DNA from: an uncultured delta proteobacterium
GTDB lineage: Bacteria; Myxococcota_A; Polyangia; Polyangiales; Polyangiaceae
Length of the DNA: 64,000 bases
Assembly: GCA_963696385.1 (NCBI GenBank)
Contig: CAVOKF010000003.1
Span: 544,001-608,000 of the forward strand
Reading direction: 5' to 3'
Position 1 is the stretch's first letter, and each line of letters opens with the position of its first letter. Shown one piece after another: positions 7,866 to 17,341 of this stretch. Position numbers and translations under genes: made by a program. The notes beneath the pieces were generated by a model that did no database searches, was not told the origin of the DNA, and was given only the letters and a program-made list of their open reading frames with translations.

Positions 7866-8683
7866 TGGATCCTCGCCAGCCCCTCGACGCATCCCTTGCC
7901 GGTCAGCGTGTCGGCGGACAGTTCACGGCACTTCTCCAGATCCGCTCGCGCGTCATCGAGCTTTCCAAGCCGCAGACGAACGCGAGCGCGCTCGCTCCAA
8001 GCATCCTGAAGCCGTTGGCATTCGGGTGCTTCGACGGAGAGCGCGTTCGTGAGACTCTGCTCTGCGGCGACGAAATCGCCCTTTTTTTCGTAGGCCACCC
8101 CTAACCGGTAGTGGCCCACGCAAAAGCGCGGCTCGGTGATTGAGTTCTTCAACGATTCGATTCCTTCGTCGAGATGCCCCGCACCTACTTGAGCCCACCC
8201 AAGGTTTCCCCAGGCAAGAAAGCTCGATTCGAACGCGGAGTCCTTGGTGAGGGGCGCGAGAACGGCAATGGCGTCTTGGTAGCGTTCTTCCAAGATCAAA
8301 ATTTGACCCAATGTATTTTTGGCCTCACGAAACGTTTCATCGGCTTTCAGAGCGCCGCGAGCATACGTTTCAGCTTCTTTCAGGTGGCAGTCCGGGTCTC
8401 GGAGCTCCAGCTTGCGGGAGCAAAAAAAAAGCTGAATCAACGAAGCAAAGTACAAGGCGTGGGCGTTGTGGTCGTCGACTTCAATGGCCTTACGGCAGTG
8501 ATCGAGGGCAACTCGCTGCTGACCCCGGTAGAAGTAGTCACGCGCTAAGTCGTACTCGGCCTCGCTTTGGCGCTGAGGATCGGCTCCTGGTGATGCGGCG
8601 CCCTTTGGGGTGCATCCTGCTCCGGTGGTCAGCAAAGCGACCCCGAACCGCGTGGTTACGACCGCTCGTTGCAAAAATGCCAC
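7862..8683 (-). CDS. tgl: TPR lipoprotein, Tgl/PilF-type secretin pilotin
   Basis: Lipobox-like GAGC, Cys-rich TPRs (NTLG..AWGNLGW, RFCVGHYRLG), synteny with the HTH gene and recO. Confidence 0.75.
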   Translation of the reverse strand: MAFLQRAVVTTRFGVALLTTGAGCTPKGAASPGADPQRQSEAEYDLARDYFYRGQQRVALDHCRKAIEVDDHNAHALYFASLIQLFFCSRKLELRDPDCHLKEAETYARGALKADETFREAKNTLGQILILEERYQDAIAVLAPLTKDSAFESSFLAWGNLGWAQVGAGHLDEGIESLKNSITEPRFCVGHYRLGVAYEKKGDFVAAEQSLTNALSVEAPECQRLQDAWSERARVRLRLGKLDDARADLEKCRELSADTLTGKGCVEGLARIQ

Positions 8684-8852
8684 ACGCTTCAGGGCCCACC
8701 GGGCTTACCTTACAAGGGACCGGCAAGTCAACCGCGCCAACGCCGGCCAGCCATGCCATGCTCATGCGCTCAGCCTAGGTGGTTCGGCTGAGTCCGTCGG
8801 GCTGCTCCCGTCGGTAATGGCCCCCGCTGGGGCCGGGAGACTCCATCGAGTC

Positions 8853-9449
8853 ATGGGTCGAGTGGCAAGTGTGTCGCGCGAGACGAAGGAAACCAAGGTC
8901 GAGGTGACAGCCAATGTCGATGGCTCGGGGCGATCCGATATCGAGACGCCCCTTCCCTTCCTCAGTCACATGGTCGATCAGCTCGCCCGCCACGGACTCA
9001 TCGACTTGACAGTGCGGGCACGCGGCGACATCGAGATCGATGGCCATCACACGACCGAGGACGTCGGACTGGTCATCGGCCAATGTGTGGCCAAGGCCAT
9101 TGGCGATAAGGCCGGTCTCGTCCGCTACGGCTGGGCCACGCTACCCATGGATGAAGCGCGGGCGACGTGCGCCGTCGACCTCTCCGGGCGGACGCACTTC
9201 GTTTGGGAGGTGCCCCTTCCCGCGGGCGCAAAGCTCGGGACGTGGGACGTCGAACTCGCCCCGGTCTTTTTCGAAGCGTTCGCACGCGGCGCCCAGTGCA
9301 ACTTGCACGTCGTGCTGCACCGAGGAGAAATCCTCCATCACATCGTCGAGGTCAGTTTCAAGGCGCTTGCGCGTGCCTTGCGAGAGGCGCTGCGAGTCGA
9401 TCCGCGGGCGACGGGCGTGCCGTCCACCAAGGGAGATCTCACCGACTGA
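8853..9449 (+). CDS. hisB: Imidazoleglycerol-phosphate dehydratase
   Basis: RETKET, DGHHTTED, PMDEA, HHIVE and PSTKG motifs. Confidence 0.96.
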   Translation: MGRVASVSRETKETKVEVTANVDGSGRSDIETPLPFLSHMVDQLARHGLIDLTVRARGDIEIDGHHTTEDVGLVIGQCVAKAIGDKAGLVRYGWATLPMDEARATCAVDLSGRTHFVWEVPLPAGAKLGTWDVELAPVFFEAFARGAQCNLHVVLHRGEILHHIVEVSFKALARALREALRVDPRATGVPSTKGDLTD

Positions 9450-9675
9450 GGCTGTGTCGGCGCTGGGCGATGGGGCAGGGCGAAAAGGTCGGGAACGCGG
9501 TCGCGCCGGTACGGCTCCAGTGCGGGCGTCGGCTCCGCGGCGATCGGGGTCAGGTCGAAGAGTCGCTCACGATCTACAACCTCGGGCGGGCCGCGTGGCA
9601 GCCCGACCGCCGACCTGAGTCGCAGGGACACCGGAAATTGGGCCGCGTTTGCTCAAGCGTTCGAACATTCGGTCC

Positions 9676-10041
9676 ATGGACGAACGCCGAATCAAGCGAA
9701 GCACGGAGCAGGTGGAAGCCCTCCAATTTTTGGTCGAAACCGTCGCGGACCGCAGCCACCTGCGGGCCCTCGTACTCGTCGACGACGCGGGACGGATTGT
9801 AGCGGGCATGGGCATCCCAGACGACGTGGCTGGGCTCGTCCACACCGCACGGGACGTAGCCTCGGGACGCGCCTCGGTCACCCAAGTGGACGCGGCCACG
9901 CGCGGTCGAGACGTCACCGCCCGCAGCATTGCGACGCGCGACGGAATGCTCTACTTCGGAGCGATCGGGGACCGGGTCGCGCGGGTCGGAGACGCGGTCC
10001 GGGCCGTGCAGCGGATCCTGTGCGAGAGCCGACCCTCCTGA
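9676..10041 (+). CDS. Hypothetical protein, roadblock/profilin-like pattern
   Basis: ERRIKRS..ALQFLV..LRALVLVDDAGRIVAG; compact 121 aa. Confidence 0.7.
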   Translation: MDERRIKRSTEQVEALQFLVETVADRSHLRALVLVDDAGRIVAGMGIPDDVAGLVHTARDVASGRASVTQVDAATRGRDVTARSIATRDGMLYFGAIGDRVARVGDAVRAVQRILCESRPS

Positions 10042-10130
10042 AGATCTGACCCGAACGCCGCAACGTTTCCGCGGAGGCATTCGATGGGGTGGCGACGCCC
10101 GATCCATCGTGAGCGTCCCGGGAGACAGAG

Positions 10131-10331
10131 ATGACGCCCATCGACCCCGCCAGGCGGGACGCCGCCGCGATCGCCCTTGCTCGGGCGAGCGCTCACCTCG
10201 ACCTGCTGACACGAATCGCAGCCGCCCACGCGCGACACGAGGCAGCCGCGCGCCGAATGCTCGCCGTCCTCGAGGTCCTGAGGCCGCTCGTCGCGGCCGT
10301 TGGGCACCTGATTCCAGAGCCAAGACAGTAA
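10131..10331 (+). CDS. Small helical hypothetical protein
   Basis: GGAG RBS upstream; Ala/Leu-rich 66 aa ORF. Confidence 0.5.
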   Translation: MTPIDPARRDAAAIALARASAHLDLLTRIAAAHARHEAAARRMLAVLEVLRPLVAAVGHLIPEPRQ

Positions 10332-10499
10332 CCAGGCGCGAGCGAGGCAGATGGCCAGAAACGCTCGAGTAGGCGCATTCATCGCCAGACTACCCGCGCG
10401 TGCGGCGCCCAGTCCGGAGCGAGTTGGCCACTCCTGCCTCCCTCAGCGACTGACCCTGCACCCCAACAGTCTGACCCTAAGTATCCTGAATCATTGGGG

Positions 10500-10583
10500 T
10501 GCGAAGGAGGGGACTTGAACCCCTATGCCAGTTACGGCGCTAGCACCTCAAGCTAGTGCGTCTGCCAATTCCGCCACCTTCGC
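10500..10583 (-). tRNA. tRNA-Leu (GAG), no encoded CCA
   Basis: Reverse complement GCGAAGG..GCGGAATTGGCAGACGC-A-CTAGC-TTGAGGT-GCTAG, long variable arm, AGGGG-TTCAAGT-CCCCT-CCTTCGC-A. Confidence 0.96.
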
Positions 10584-10870
10584 GAGGGAACGACCGTGTA
10601 ACCGGGGGGTTGGCCGATCGTCAAGCAAACTCGCCCTGCGATCCGGTCCTATAGCATGGGCAGCACGGCCCGTAGCGATGCGCAGTAGGAAACGCCGCCA
10701 GGACGCCGCGGTGATCCGTCCGTGACGGCGACCTTCTCCATGGGCAGGCAGCACGGCCCCAGCATGCGCCGATTCATCGTTCGAGTCCCCGAACGCCGAT
10801 TCTGCGCGCCCGACTCGACGGCCCCATGCTCGGCACCGCTCCGATCGTGCACGACGGTTCTCGGATTGCG

Positions 10871-11938
10871 TCAACTCCCGTTGCGGGATGCGTTGACCAG
10901 AACGCTCACAATCTCGCCCACCTCGAACGGCTTGCGGACCCACCGAATCGCCTCGCCCTGCAAATCGTCGGGCAAACCGGCAGCGCTGCCGCTGATGAAG
11001 ACGAGCACGGCGTCGGGCGAGCCGCGGCGAAGGGCATCGAAGGCGCCGCGCACGTCGTGCGCGATCGGAGACAGATCGACGAGCGCCGCGTCGTGCTCTT
11101 CGCCGGCGTGCTCGACGAGTTCGGCCGCAGTGCGTGCCACAACGACTTGCGCGCCCCGCGCCCCGAGTGCCGACTCGAGCAGCGTTGCCACGTCGACGTC
11201 GTCTTCCACGACCAGTATGCGAGTACCAGCCAGGACGGCCGCACGCGGCGCCGACATCGGCGGAGGGGGAGGCTCCGCACGTGGCCAACGCAGCCTGAAG
11301 CTTGCTCCCTTGGACAATCCATCGGAGGCCAGTTCGAGCTCGCCGCCCGCGGCGCGTGCAATCGCGCGGGCATGCGGGAGTCCTACACCCGCTCCGCCTT
11401 CGCGCGTCGACGCCCCCTCGAAGATACGGCTTGCGTGTCCCGACGCGACGCCGGGACCCTGGTCCTTCACGACAATCGAGGTGCCCGATGCATCGGCTAG
11501 CGCTTCGATCGTGACGCTGCTCTGCGGAGGCGCCCAGGAGAGCGCATTCAGCAGGAGATTGGTGAGCACCTGCGCCACGTCCGCAGCGAGCAACACTCGC
11601 ACGCCCGGACATCGACGCGCGATGAGGACCGTAACGCCCGCGCGTTGCGCCTCCACCGATAGCGTCTCGACGACGTCGGCAATCACGACGTCGAGCATCT
11701 CCTCGCGGTTGTCCACGTCGGTCTCGGCTCCGATAGCGCGGCGCGCAAGGTCTCGCGCCGCCCGAGCACGATGCTCGACGATCGCCAGGGCGCGATTGAG
11801 CTGCTCGTCGGAGGTGCGTCCGGTCCGGGCCTCCGCCACCCAGCCTAGGAGCACGGTCAGGGCGTTGGAAACATCGTGCAGCGCGCCGGTAACGTCACGA
11901 TGCGGGTCTCCCGGAGGAATGTTGCTCCATTGGCTCAA
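10871..11938 (-). CDS. Hybrid histidine kinase with C-terminal receiver and no sensor domain
   Basis: H-box LHDVSNAL, N-box NLLLNA, G1 DQGPGV, G2 GAGVGL, receiver ILVVEDD..VD..KPF. Start uncertain (TTG 11938 or GTG 11998). Confidence 0.88.
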   Translation of the reverse strand: MSQWSNIPPGDPHRDVTGALHDVSNALTVLLGWVAEARTGRTSDEQLNRALAIVEHRARAARDLARRAIGAETDVDNREEMLDVVIADVVETLSVEAQRAGVTVLIARRCPGVRVLLAADVAQVLTNLLLNALSWAPPQSSVTIEALADASGTSIVVKDQGPGVASGHASRIFEGASTREGGAGVGLPHARAIARAAGGELELASDGLSKGASFRLRWPRAEPPPPPMSAPRAAVLAGTRILVVEDDVDVATLLESALGARGAQVVVARTAAELVEHAGEEHDAALVDLSPIAHDVRGAFDALRRGSPDAVLVFISGSAAGLPDDLQGEAIRWVRKPFEVGEIVSVLVNASRNGS

Positions 11939-12031
11939 TCGGCCCGAACCGCCCTGCTGCACACTGAGAACGCTACGACATCTGCCTGTTCGGGTCACGC
12001 TCTCGAAATATTTCTGCGCCGGGGCCGGAAA

Positions 12032-13330
12032 TCACTCCACGGCCCTCGCGTCATCGCCCGCCTGGGCGACGATAACCGACAACGCCTTACGTGCCGCTTC
12101 GATGGTTACGTCGCGGGCTTCGACGATGAGAGCGGCGACCCTCTCCACCTGATGAGCCGCGGCACCCGCCGCGAGCGCGACCGACCGCGCGTGCAGCCCC
12201 ATGTGTCCGCGCTGGATCCCATCGGTCGCAAGCGCTCGGAGGGCGGCCAGATTCGAGGCCAGACCCACGGACGCCGCGATAGCCGCAAGCTGTTGAGCAT
12301 CGGTTACGCCCAGCATTCGAAGCGACAGGCGCGCCGCGGGGTGGACACGCAGGGTACCCCCGACGGTCCCCAAGGCCAGCGGCATCTCGAGCCGTCCCTC
12401 GAGATGGGCGCCGTCGCGCCGCCAGGTCGCGAGAGGCCGATAGTGACCCGTTCGCGTGGCGTAGGCGTGTGCGCCCGCTTCGACGGCGCGCCAGTCGTTG
12501 CCGGTGGCGATGACAACGGCATCCACACCGTTCATGATGCCCTTGTTGTGGGTCGCTGCGCGATACGGATCGAGCTCGGCAAATCGCGACGCATTGACGA
12601 TGCCGTCGACGACGTCGCTCCCGTTCATTTCGTCGGTCGCGAGGACTTCGGGCGCTACGCGGCATCGCACACGTACGCAGCGCCTATCGCACAGGTTGGA
12701 TAGAATTCGCAGTCCGACCCGTCCGCCCCCGATCTCGGCGATCCGATGGGCAACCGCCTCCGCTGCCCCGTTGACGAGGTTGGCGCCCATTGCGTCTTGG
12801 CAGTCGATGATGATGTGCGCGACGACCATGTCGGGCGCCAGTACCCGCGCCTCGATCTCGCGCGCGCCGCCGCCTCGTGCGACCAAACCGCTCAGCGAGC
12901 GATTGGCCAAGTCGATGATGGACGGCTCGTGATCGCGGATGCGCTGTGCGCATCCCGGCGCGTCTCGAACGTCGACCAGCTGAACCTGAGCAATCATCAG
13001 CGGCGGATCGGCCTCGGCATGGAATCCCCCCCCGCTGCGGACCATTTTGGCCGCGTTCGATGCAGCGGCGACGACGCTCGGTTCCTCGATGACCATAGGC
13101 ACGACGTAGTCGTGCCCGTTGACGCGCACGTTCAACGTTACTCCGTAGGGAAGCGCGTAGGTGCCCAGCACGTTCTCGACAAACTTGTCGGCCGTCTCGG
13201 CATCCAAGCCACCTCCTTCGAGCGCGCATTCGATGTCGCTTGGTTCGGCACCTGTGGCCTCGCCGACGAGTGCGCGGCGCTCTTGGACAGTGATTTTGTA
13301 AAATCCAGGAAGTCGAGAAGTTCGGGCCAT
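12032..13330 (-). CDS. mvaA: Class II HMG-CoA reductase
   Basis: ENVLG, EEPSVVAA, DAMGAN, THNKGIMNG, GIQRGHM. Confidence 0.96.
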   Translation of the reverse strand: MARTSRLPGFYKITVQERRALVGEATGAEPSDIECALEGGGLDAETADKFVENVLGTYALPYGVTLNVRVNGHDYVVPMVIEEPSVVAAASNAAKMVRSGGGFHAEADPPLMIAQVQLVDVRDAPGCAQRIRDHEPSIIDLANRSLSGLVARGGGAREIEARVLAPDMVVAHIIIDCQDAMGANLVNGAAEAVAHRIAEIGGGRVGLRILSNLCDRRCVRVRCRVAPEVLATDEMNGSDVVDGIVNASRFAELDPYRAATHNKGIMNGVDAVVIATGNDWRAVEAGAHAYATRTGHYRPLATWRRDGAHLEGRLEMPLALGTVGGTLRVHPAARLSLRMLGVTDAQQLAAIAASVGLASNLAALRALATDGIQRGHMGLHARSVALAAGAAAHQVERVAALIVEARDVTIEAARKALSVIVAQAGDDARAVE

Positions 13331-13334
13331 TGTT

Positions 13335-14249
13335 CTAGTTTCCCTCCTGTCGGAGACAGAGCCGGACCCCGCCGTGGTCGATGCGAAGTTCCAGCGGCAC
13401 AAGTCCGAGCGCCGACGCGCGCACTTCGAACCGCGCAGACGGCGAGGTCAGTCCCAGCCACACTGCGACGTCTCCTCCGCCGGCGCCCGACGGCAGGAAT
13501 GCGGCGTTTTCGCTCGCGGCGAACGTTGCCAGCTCGGCGCACGAAGCCGGCACGATCGGGGCGCCGGCGACGCCGCCGAGCTCCGACAGGAGGCTCCCGT
13601 ATTGCCGCACCGACTGGATGAAGAGCGCGCCGTCCGAACGCACCGACTCCGCTGCCACGACGGCGGCTGCGAACATGGCCGCATCCAGGGCACTCGCCTC
13701 TCGAGGCCGCAGGCGACGTGCGTCGCGAACACGCGCCAATAGGTCGCTCGTGCGCGCGCTCTCGCCGGCAAAGTATGCCTTTAGGACGAGCTCGCGCGGA
13801 AAATCGATGGATTCGACTGAGGCACGCGTCCCGTCGATCGCGTACCGTTGCACGCCACCGTACACAGCCGCGGCCACATCGATTCCGCTGCCCCCGCCCT
13901 GCGCCTGGGCATGGGCGTGGCGCGCGGCGCGAAAGATCGTGTCGCGAACGGACGCATCGGACAGGTCTTGCCCGCGGTCGAGCGCCCGCGCGGCGAGCGA
14001 TGCGACGAGCGCTGCGGCGCTCGAACCGAGCCCGAGTTTCGTGCCGGATTCGTCCTGCAGCATTCGAACGTCGACCTCGGGAGCCGGGTCGACGCCGAAC
14101 GCGGCCCGAACTTCGGCCGTCGGCTCCGACGCCCGACGCGATGCATCCGCGATTGCATAGCGATCTACAGCCATGACAATCGCGGGCGCGCCGTCGAGGA
14201 CAGCGTACGCGCCCGTGAGCACGAGTTTGCCCGGGGCGATCGCTCTCAT
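13335..14249 (-). CDS. Phosphomevalonate kinase (GHMP family)
   Basis: APGKLVLTGAYAVL, KLGLGSSAA, GSGIDVAA, SGAGGGD; position in the mevalonate operon. Confidence 0.85.
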   Translation of the reverse strand: MRAIAPGKLVLTGAYAVLDGAPAIVMAVDRYAIADASRRASEPTAEVRAAFGVDPAPEVDVRMLQDESGTKLGLGSSAAALVASLAARALDRGQDLSDASVRDTIFRAARHAHAQAQGGGSGIDVAAAVYGGVQRYAIDGTRASVESIDFPRELVLKAYFAGESARTSDLLARVRDARRLRPREASALDAAMFAAAVVAAESVRSDGALFIQSVRQYGSLLSELGGVAGAPIVPASCAELATFAASENAAFLPSGAGGGDVAVWLGLTSPSARFEVRASALGLVPLELRIDHGGVRLCLRQEGN

Positions 14250-15244
14250 GCCTGGCGACCGTCGGAGGTGAGCCGAGCGCCCTCACCCAGAGGTGACTCG
14301 ATGACGCGGTGCACGCCGGGCAGGGCGCGCACAGCGTCGCCCACACGATCGGCGTCGCCGGGACGAACGAGGACCTTGACATGCGGGCCCGCATCCATCG
14401 TCGCGAATGCCGCTGTGCCGGCGTCACGCAGTCCGCGCACGGCAGCGAGGATCTCGAGCGTCGCGCCGCTCCAGTAGATGACGCCCGCAGCGATCGCGCT
14501 CGCGTGCATGGCGAGAGCACTCGCTTCGGCCAGCCCACCCATCGCGGCGAAGTCCCGCTTGAGCACGGCTTCGCGCAACTGCGCGTGCATCCGGGCCGCC
14601 GCTTGGAACCACGCCTCGGCATACGGACTGCGCGCCATCGTCGCGCGCATTCCGTCCGTCGACCCGACCGGCTTGGTGCCCTCGGTCGTCACGCAGACCA
14701 GAACGACGATGGGCAAGTGTTCGGCGGGCACAACGGGGTGTGCGGCGAGCATTTCGTCCTCTCGCAGGGGCAAGAGAGAGCCCGCAGCGAGTTCGACGTA
14801 GCCACCGAAGAGGCTTCTTGCCGCGCTCGCGGAGCTTTTTCGCGCGAGATTGCTCACACGCGCGGCATCCCAATCCAGGCCCGCCGCGCGGGCGGCCGCC
14901 AAGGCGAGAGCGGCGAAGCCGGACGCACTCGAAGCCAGTCCGCTAGCCGTCGGAAAATCGTTGCGGGATTCCACAAGAGCGCGCCGCGACTCGCCCGCAG
15001 CGGACCGAACGCGGTCCATCAACTGGACGACCCGCGCGCGCGCCCGATCGTCCGCGGTGGCCCCGTTGAGCACCACGCGATCTTCGGACAGCCCGGCATC
15101 GAACCGAACCCACGTACGGGTCGCAAGGCCCCCCAGTGTGACGGACAGACTCGGCACCGCCGGGAAGTTCCCAGGACCCTCGCGCTTGCCCCAATACTTC
15201 GACAAGGCGACGTTCGGATGCGCCAAAGCGGCTGCCTCGCTCAT
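14246..15244 (-). CDS. mvaD: Diphosphomevalonate decarboxylase
   Basis: NVALSKYWGK, SLSVTL, GLASSASGFAAL, DAGP. Confidence 0.95.
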   Translation of the reverse strand: MSEAAALAHPNVALSKYWGKREGPGNFPAVPSLSVTLGGLATRTWVRFDAGLSEDRVVLNGATADDRARARVVQLMDRVRSAAGESRRALVESRNDFPTASGLASSASGFAALALAAARAAGLDWDAARVSNLARKSSASAARSLFGGYVELAAGSLLPLREDEMLAAHPVVPAEHLPIVVLVCVTTEGTKPVGSTDGMRATMARSPYAEAWFQAAARMHAQLREAVLKRDFAAMGGLAEASALAMHASAIAAGVIYWSGATLEILAAVRGLRDAGTAAFATMDAGPHVKVLVRPGDADRVGDAVRALPGVHRVIESPLGEGARLTSDGRQA

Positions 15245-16203
15245 GGCATGCTCTCGGTCTTTAGCCCATCGATCTCGTGAATGCGCGCCTCGGGCGCCAC
15301 CTGGGTGGAGAATCCCGGGAATCCGGCCAGCCTCCAAGCCGCCAGGACGGCATCGGCCACCGACTGAGTCGGCACAAGCGCCACCACACTTCCTCCGCCA
15401 CCCGCCCCCGTGAGCTTTGCGCCTAGAGCGCCGCAGTCGCGAGCCAAACCACAGAGTCGTTCAATCTCGGGCGTCGACACGAACAGACCGCCCAGCAGCA
15501 TTTGATTGAGGTCCATCAAGCGGCCGAGCGCCACTCGATCGCCGGCTTCAATCGCGAGCCGCGCGTTGTTCACGAGAACGCGAATGGCCTCGAACGACTT
15601 CTCGATGACCTCCGGTCGACGAGTCCGAAGGCGAGCGACGGCCTCGACCATGGACTTCGTGCTGGACGCCATTCCCGTGTTTCCGATGCACAGGTGAATC
15701 GCGCCACGCGCCCGCACCGGCTCAAGCTTGGATCCTTTGCGAAAAAGCACGCACCCCCCACGCGCGGCGACGGCGGCGTCAACTCCGCTCGGATTGCCGT
15801 GAAATACCTGCTCCCAGACCATCGCCCGGTCTTGTATGGCGGCTGGGCCGAGCCACGGCTCGATGGCGCGCGCGATGGCGACCCCCATCGCGGCGGAGCA
15901 CCCCAAGCCTCCGCCCGGCGGGAGGTTCGCTTCCACTTCCACCGAGTGGGGTCCGAACGAGGGATGCGCGGCACGAGCCGCCTCGATCAACGCGCGAAAT
16001 GCGCGGGCCAGGTCGTGGGTGTCCTCCTCCAAGACGCTGATGTTCCATCCGCGCACCAGCAACCGGCTCGGACCGGTCTCGAGCGGAATGGCCTGCGCGC
16101 GGGCACCCCGATCGATCCCAACCGCCAGGGCGGGCACGCCGTAGACGACCGCGTGCTCGCCGAGGAGGATCACCTTGCCGCAAGCAAGTCCGCAACCACT
16201 CAT
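15241..16203 (-). CDS. mvk: Mevalonate kinase
   Basis: GKVILLGEHAVVYG, PPGGGLGCSAA, HGNPSGVD, KLTGAGGGG. Confidence 0.95.
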   Translation of the reverse strand: MSGCGLACGKVILLGEHAVVYGVPALAVGIDRGARAQAIPLETGPSRLLVRGWNISVLEEDTHDLARAFRALIEAARAAHPSFGPHSVEVEANLPPGGGLGCSAAMGVAIARAIEPWLGPAAIQDRAMVWEQVFHGNPSGVDAAVAARGGCVLFRKGSKLEPVRARGAIHLCIGNTGMASSTKSMVEAVARLRTRRPEVIEKSFEAIRVLVNNARLAIEAGDRVALGRLMDLNQMLLGGLFVSTPEIERLCGLARDCGALGAKLTGAGGGGSVVALVPTQSVADAVLAAWRLAGFPGFSTQVAPEARIHEIDGLKTESMP

Positions 16204-17300
16204 CAGGTCTGCCTGTCCGTTAGTGCGAGGACCGCGGTCTCAAGAAGCGCGCGCCCCGCGGACGTCAGCTTGGTCCTATCGAGCGCGGCCCGTGCCTCGC
16301 GGACGAGGACGCCGATGCGGCTTTCGATGCGCGCGCGAATGCCGCATGCCTCGAGGCGGTGGATCGCGGCACGCAAGTCCCACTCGCTCGCATCGGGACG
16401 ACCCAGGACGTGAGCGAGATCGTCGCCGAGACCCTGATTCAGAGCCTCCACGACGACGGCGCTCCGTTTCCCCGCGCGCAGGTCGTTGCCCGCTGGCTTT
16501 CCCATGATTGCGGCATCACCGAACACGCCAAGCACGTCATCGCGCATCTGAAATGCAACGCCTAGTGGGTCTGAAAACGCCGCGAGCGCAGCGACCTCGG
16601 CGTCCTTCGCCCCGGCGAGGCGCGCGCCGATCGCGACGGGGCCTCGCACAGTGTAGCTCGACGTCTTGAGCGCGTGCATGGCCTCCACCGCGGCCAAATC
16701 GCACGCGCCGTTGCCGACGTCGAGCACTTGTCCTTCCACAACGTCCTCCTCGACGCGTGCGAGCTCTGCGGCCGCTTGGACAACGCGCTCCGAAGGCAAC
16801 GCGACGTCGAAGAGCGCGCCGCGAGCCCAGGCGGCCGCGAGATCCCCGGCTAGGATGCTCATGGCGTCCGCGCGGGCGCCCGAAAAACGCAGACGCATCA
16901 CCGCGGGGACGCTCGGACCGCCACGCCGCACGTCATCCCCATCCATCCAGTCGTCGTGCGACAGCAAATAGGTTTGCAAGAGCTCGAGCGCGACGCAGGC
17001 AGGCGCCACGACATCGATTCCCCCCTCTCCCCCGTGCGCTTCGTACGCAGCGGCGAGTAGCACGCAGCGCATCCGCTTGCCTCCGCGCAACGCCAGATCG
17101 GACAAGGCACCTGCGACCGCTTCGACGTCCGGCCCGCGCTTGCGGGCCGTGGTGATTCGACGCTCGAGGGTGGCGGCGAGCCGTTCCTCCACGCTCGATC
17201 GAACTCGAGCGGCAAAAAGGGCGAAGTCATTGGGCATCGTCGCCGCCGCGTTGCCTTGCGTCGAGCGCGTCCCGTTCAAGTCAGAACCCGGCCGCGTCAT
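16203..17300 (-). CDS. Polyprenyl (GGPP/FPP-type) synthetase
   Basis: GGKRMR, HDDWMD..RRG, GQVLD, KT, FQMRDD. Alternative start at 17237. Confidence 0.93.
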   Translation of the reverse strand: MTRPGSDLNGTRSTQGNAAATMPNDFALFAARVRSSVEERLAATLERRITTARKRGPDVEAVAGALSDLALRGGKRMRCVLLAAAYEAHGGEGGIDVVAPACVALELLQTYLLSHDDWMDGDDVRRGGPSVPAVMRLRFSGARADAMSILAGDLAAAWARGALFDVALPSERVVQAAAELARVEEDVVEGQVLDVGNGACDLAAVEAMHALKTSSYTVRGPVAIGARLAGAKDAEVAALAAFSDPLGVAFQMRDDVLGVFGDAAIMGKPAGNDLRAGKRSAVVVEALNQGLGDDLAHVLGRPDASEWDLRAAIHRLEACGIRARIESRIGVLVREARAALDRTKLTSAGRALLETAVLALTDRQT

Positions 17301-17312
17301 CGCGCGCGCCGC

Positions 17313-17341
17313 AGACTAGGGGCGTCCGACTCTGCCGTCAA
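17313..17341 (-). promoter_or_regulatory. Sigma70-like promoter for the mevalonate operon
   Basis: Minus strand TTGACG-N17-TAGTCT. Confidence 0.55.

Noticed and set aside
9324..9350. HisB GEILHH instead of GxNxHH
   Set aside because: One-base difference (ATC versus AAC) with the metal-binding residues intact; more likely noise or a tolerated variant.
12005..12014. Perfect palindrome GAAATATTTC between mvaA and the kinase gene
   Set aside because: A single 10-bp palindrome with no second copy noticed; not distinguishable from chance.
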